Shown piece after piece: positions 48,150 through 50,654 of a DNA stretch of 50,654 nucleotides. The DNA is taken from positions 1 to 50,654 of the forward strand of contig NZBN01000004.1 in assembly GCA_002687935.1 (NCBI GenBank), written 5' to 3'. The notes under the pieces were generated by a model, which saw only the letters and a program-made list of their open reading frames with translations, was not told the origin of the DNA and searched no databases. Both the position numbers and the translations under genes were made by a program. The DNA is from Methanobacteriota archaeon. GTDB taxonomy: Archaea; Undinarchaeota; Undinarchaeia; Undinarchaeales; Undinarchaeaceae. Every line of letters starts with the position of its first letter. Position 1 is the stretch's first letter.

Positions 48150-50654
48150 TTGTACCTCCTGTTTCCATAGCTCCTGTACTGCTGCCGCACATAGCGTGCA
48201 TAGTCAGGATGCCTCTTATAATATTCTGCCCACTCTTTTTTCAGTCCTGCCTGTTTTTCAGGAGACATAGTAGGAGTTGGAACTTCTGGCTTTCTATCAG
48301 GGGCTGCAGGATGTTTAGAAACCTGCTTTCCAAGTGGCTTTCCTGGCTTTAATCTAGTTCTTGGAGACATATCTGCAGGTTTCTTCAGGAAGCCGGCAAG
48401 ATGTAGTTTTTCGAATACTGCCATTGCTTTCTCGGACTTGTATATAGGAATCCAGCCCTCCCTCAAAGAAAGTCCAAGTGCAGCAATCAAGATAAGAACT
48501 CCAAGTCCGGCAAAGAGAGGTGTCAAATTTCTCTTTGTCTTTTTCTTGCTTGACTCTGACTGCATTTGAATCTGCCTTACAATTTCATCAGCACTACTGA
48601 GTTTTGAGTTAATCTGACCTATCAAAGTCTTGACTTGGTCACTTCTTCCTTGTTGAGCTGACTGAGTCACCTGCTGAAGAATTGAGTTAACTTCAGACAT
48701 CATAGTCTCCGCCTCATTGAGTGAAGCTGTCATCTCACCTGAGAGTTTTCCGAGTCCAGCCTGCGCCTTAAGGGTGTCAATTCCTCTTTGTGTAGAAGAG
48801 TATCTCCCCTGAGCTGATGAAACAAGAGAAACTAGATCTTCCTTGACCTCAATTGTTACTGGGATTGAAATTGTCTCGAGAATAGTTCCTTTGTAGGAGA
48901 ATTTGAAGAATATTTTTCCTCTGTAGAGACCTTCAGTATCTGGGGCTGTTAGTGTCGCGGTGACGGACGGAGTTTCGTTTACTCCGCCTATTGATAAAGT
49001 TGATGATGAAAGGCTAATGGCATTTTTGATTGAAGTTTCCAAACTTATAGTTGCAGTAATATCCTTAGTGTCACCGGAAAGAACTGTTGTTGTGAAAATC
49101 TTTGTGTCAGAAGTTCCAGGAGAAACCGTTCCCAAATCCCATGTAGCTGGTGCCACATCCATTTTTGGAGCAGGGGGAGCAGAAGGAACTGTGTAGCTTA
49201 CAGGGAAGGTAGTAGACACACCTGCACTCTTGAAAGTAACTGACTCTGCCTTGAAACCTGCATCAGCATCAGAAGATACTGAAACAGTAACAGACCCTGT
49301 TATTGAGCCGTTTACTGGAATTGATGTAGCACTGAGACTTACTGAGAATTCATTAGGTGCTGTGAAACTAAGACCTGAAACTGCGGCGTTTCCGCCGTTC
49401 ATTATGCTTATATTCTGAGTCATCGACTCCCCGCGTTCTATTGTTCCGAAGGAAATTGAAGGAGGACTGAATGAGAGAGCACCGAGCTGCTTTTTCAGCT
49501 GGTAGGAGACAGGAATTGTTATATTTCCTCCACTGTGTGAAATCGTGACACTCTCTGTATAATTTCCGTCTGCCATGCTACTCGTTGTTAAAAGAGTTAG
49601 TTTCAAGGACTTTGTGGCACTGGGAGCTACATCGAAAGGACCCTCATCATCAATAGACAGCTCAGTTGCGCTTGTGCTGACAGTTATATTTGTAACATTT
49701 GCAAGACCAGAGTTACTCAGGATTATAGTACTTGATTTATTTTCATCCTGTTGTAAGGATCCAAAATCAACATTTGATGGAGAGGCAGAAAAGGCTGACT
49801 GGAAGTTGAACTGAAGTGTGTATATGACAGACTTCAGAGTTCCTGAAGTCGTACCGTTAATTGTTATTACCTCGTTAAAAGAACCATTTATAGCGTCGGA
49901 AGGTGCCGTAACATTTATTGTAAGAATTGTACTTTGATTCACTCCAAGACTTGACTGGCCCAAACTTACGCTAAGGTTTGTGTTATTGGAGTGTGCAGAA
50001 AGACCTGTGAACTGGGCAATACCACTGTTTGTCAGTGTGACATTTCTTATGACAGAAACGCCAGCCGGAACAGAACCCAGATTGGCTGACGACTCACTTA
50101 GAGTGAGGTCACCAAGTGCCCGTTCGAAAGTGAACTCAAAGAGGGCTCCTCCAGAGAGTGGACCAGAATGCATCGCCTCCTGGAAGAGAAGCTCTCCAAC
50201 ATAATGGCAGGTCTGACCCTGAGAACAGTCTGTCGGCTTTGTTACACTGAGGTCAAATGAGCTTGCAGGATTTAGATTGTTGACTGCTCCGACAAGGTTT
50301 AGGCTACCTGAAGAGATTAGACCGCAGTCGCTAACCTTGTAAAGCTGGTAGAAAAGACCACGGTGTTTAGAGATATCTGCATCATGAACTATGCTTGAAT
50401 TTAAGTCTATCTGCTGGAAAATACTATAATTGTTGTCGTTAAATGAACCGAAATTGTGAGGCTCTCCTTTGCCGAAATTTGAGGGACTAGAAACCTTGAG
50501 CGAGCCTCCTAATAGTACACTCGGTCGGCTTTGTTGATTGGATGAACTATCCTTCCAGATCTCAAAGGAGTAGGTGTCAGAACCACTTAAGTTCATTTCC
50601 AGAGTAGAGCCTGAAGAAGACGGGCAGGCATCACTAATTGTTCTTATAGTGTAA
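48146..50654 (-). CDS. Large surface protein with repeated Ig-like domains and a C-terminal TM anchor (N-terminus beyond the window)
   Basis: Repeated S.S...FG...N.G S/T-rich beta modules, coiled coil, TM helix, basic Pro-rich tail; frame is open from 50653 through the listed ATG at 50596. Confidence 0.82.
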   Translation of the reverse strand, partial: YTIRTISDACPSSSGSTLEMNLSGSDTYSFEIWKDSSSNQQSRPSVLLGGSLKVSSPSNFGKGEPHNFGSFNDNNYSIFQQIDLNSSIVHDADISKHRGLFYQLYKVSDCGLISSGSLNLVGAVNNLNPASSFDLSVTKPTDCSQGQTCHYVGELLFQEAMHSGPLSGGALFEFTFERALGDLTLSESSANLGSVPAGVSVIRNVTLTNSGIAQFTGLSAHSNNTNLSVSLGQSSLGVNQSTILTINVTAPSDAINGSFNEVITINGTTSGTLKSVIYTLQFNFQSAFSASPSNVDFGSLQQDENKSSTIILSNSGLANVTNITVSTSATELSIDDEGPFDVAPSATKSLKLTLLTTSSMADGNYTESVTISHSGGNITIPVSYQLKKQLGALSFSPPSISFGTIERGESMTQNISIMNGGNAAVSGLSFTAPNEFSVSLSATSIPVNGSITGSVTVSVSSDADAGFKAESVTFKSAGVSTTFPVSYTVPSAPPAPKMDVAPATWDLGTVSPGTSDTKIFTTTVLSGDTKDITATISLETSIKNAISLSSSTLSIGGVNETPSVTATLTAPDTEGLYRGKIFFKFSYKGTILETISIPVTIEVKEDLVSLVSSAQGRYSSTQRGIDTLKAQAGLGKLSGEMTASLNEAETMMSEVNSILQQVTQSAQQGRSDQVKTLIGQINSKLSSADEIVRQIQMQSESSKKKTKRNLTPLFAGLGVLILIAALGLSLREGWIPIYKSEKAMAVFEKLHLAGFLKKPADMSPRTRLKPGKPLGKQVSKHPAAPDRKPEVPTPTMSPEKQAGLKKEWAEYYKRHPDYARYVRQQYRSYGNRRYK

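Overview
Archaeal chromosomal window, probably a DPANN-type lineage (inference from the intron-containing tRNA-Ile(UAU), split RpoB, rpl30e missing from the rpo operon and many small orphan ORFs). From 886 to 13518 the minus strand carries the conserved rpoH-rpoB''-rpoB'-rpoA'-rpoA''-nusA-rps12-rps7-fusA-tuf-rps10 cluster, followed by tRNA-Ser(GCT) and preceded by 5S rRNA, tRNA-Asp and tRNA-Lys. From 15265 to 22283 there is an accessory block next to tRNA-Tyr: VirB2-like pilin, VirB6-like, PrgI-like, VirB4 ATPase, TrmB-like regulator, orphans and a membrane-anchored papain-like protease. No relaxase, coupling protein or integrase is visible. The remainder encodes purE, a PfkB kinase, a purD-like protein, GNAT, an APC permease, FKBP, SRP54, a phosphohexomutase, a MobA-SWIM fusion, a DPCK-DHH fusion, an EndoV-like protein, CutA, glycosylation genes, LeuRS and a large surface protein cut by the window edge. 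The most unusual signal is non-coding: a family of short hairpin elements (consensus TCAGA-stem-loop-stem'-TAACCC, stems different in every copy but always complementary) sitting beside duplicated 5' or 3' ends of tRNA genes (Ser x3, Val, a divergent copy at Glu, possibly 5S rRNA). At tRNA-Ser two copies form a 69-bp-period array of 49-nt hairpins closed by a copy of the tRNA acceptor stem, each with a different 16-nt loop. Three intact ORFs (PurD-, EndoV- and MobA-like) have lost catalytic motifs, and LeuRS appears to be a bacterial/archaeal chimera. All family calls come from motif recognition by eye; no database search was run.
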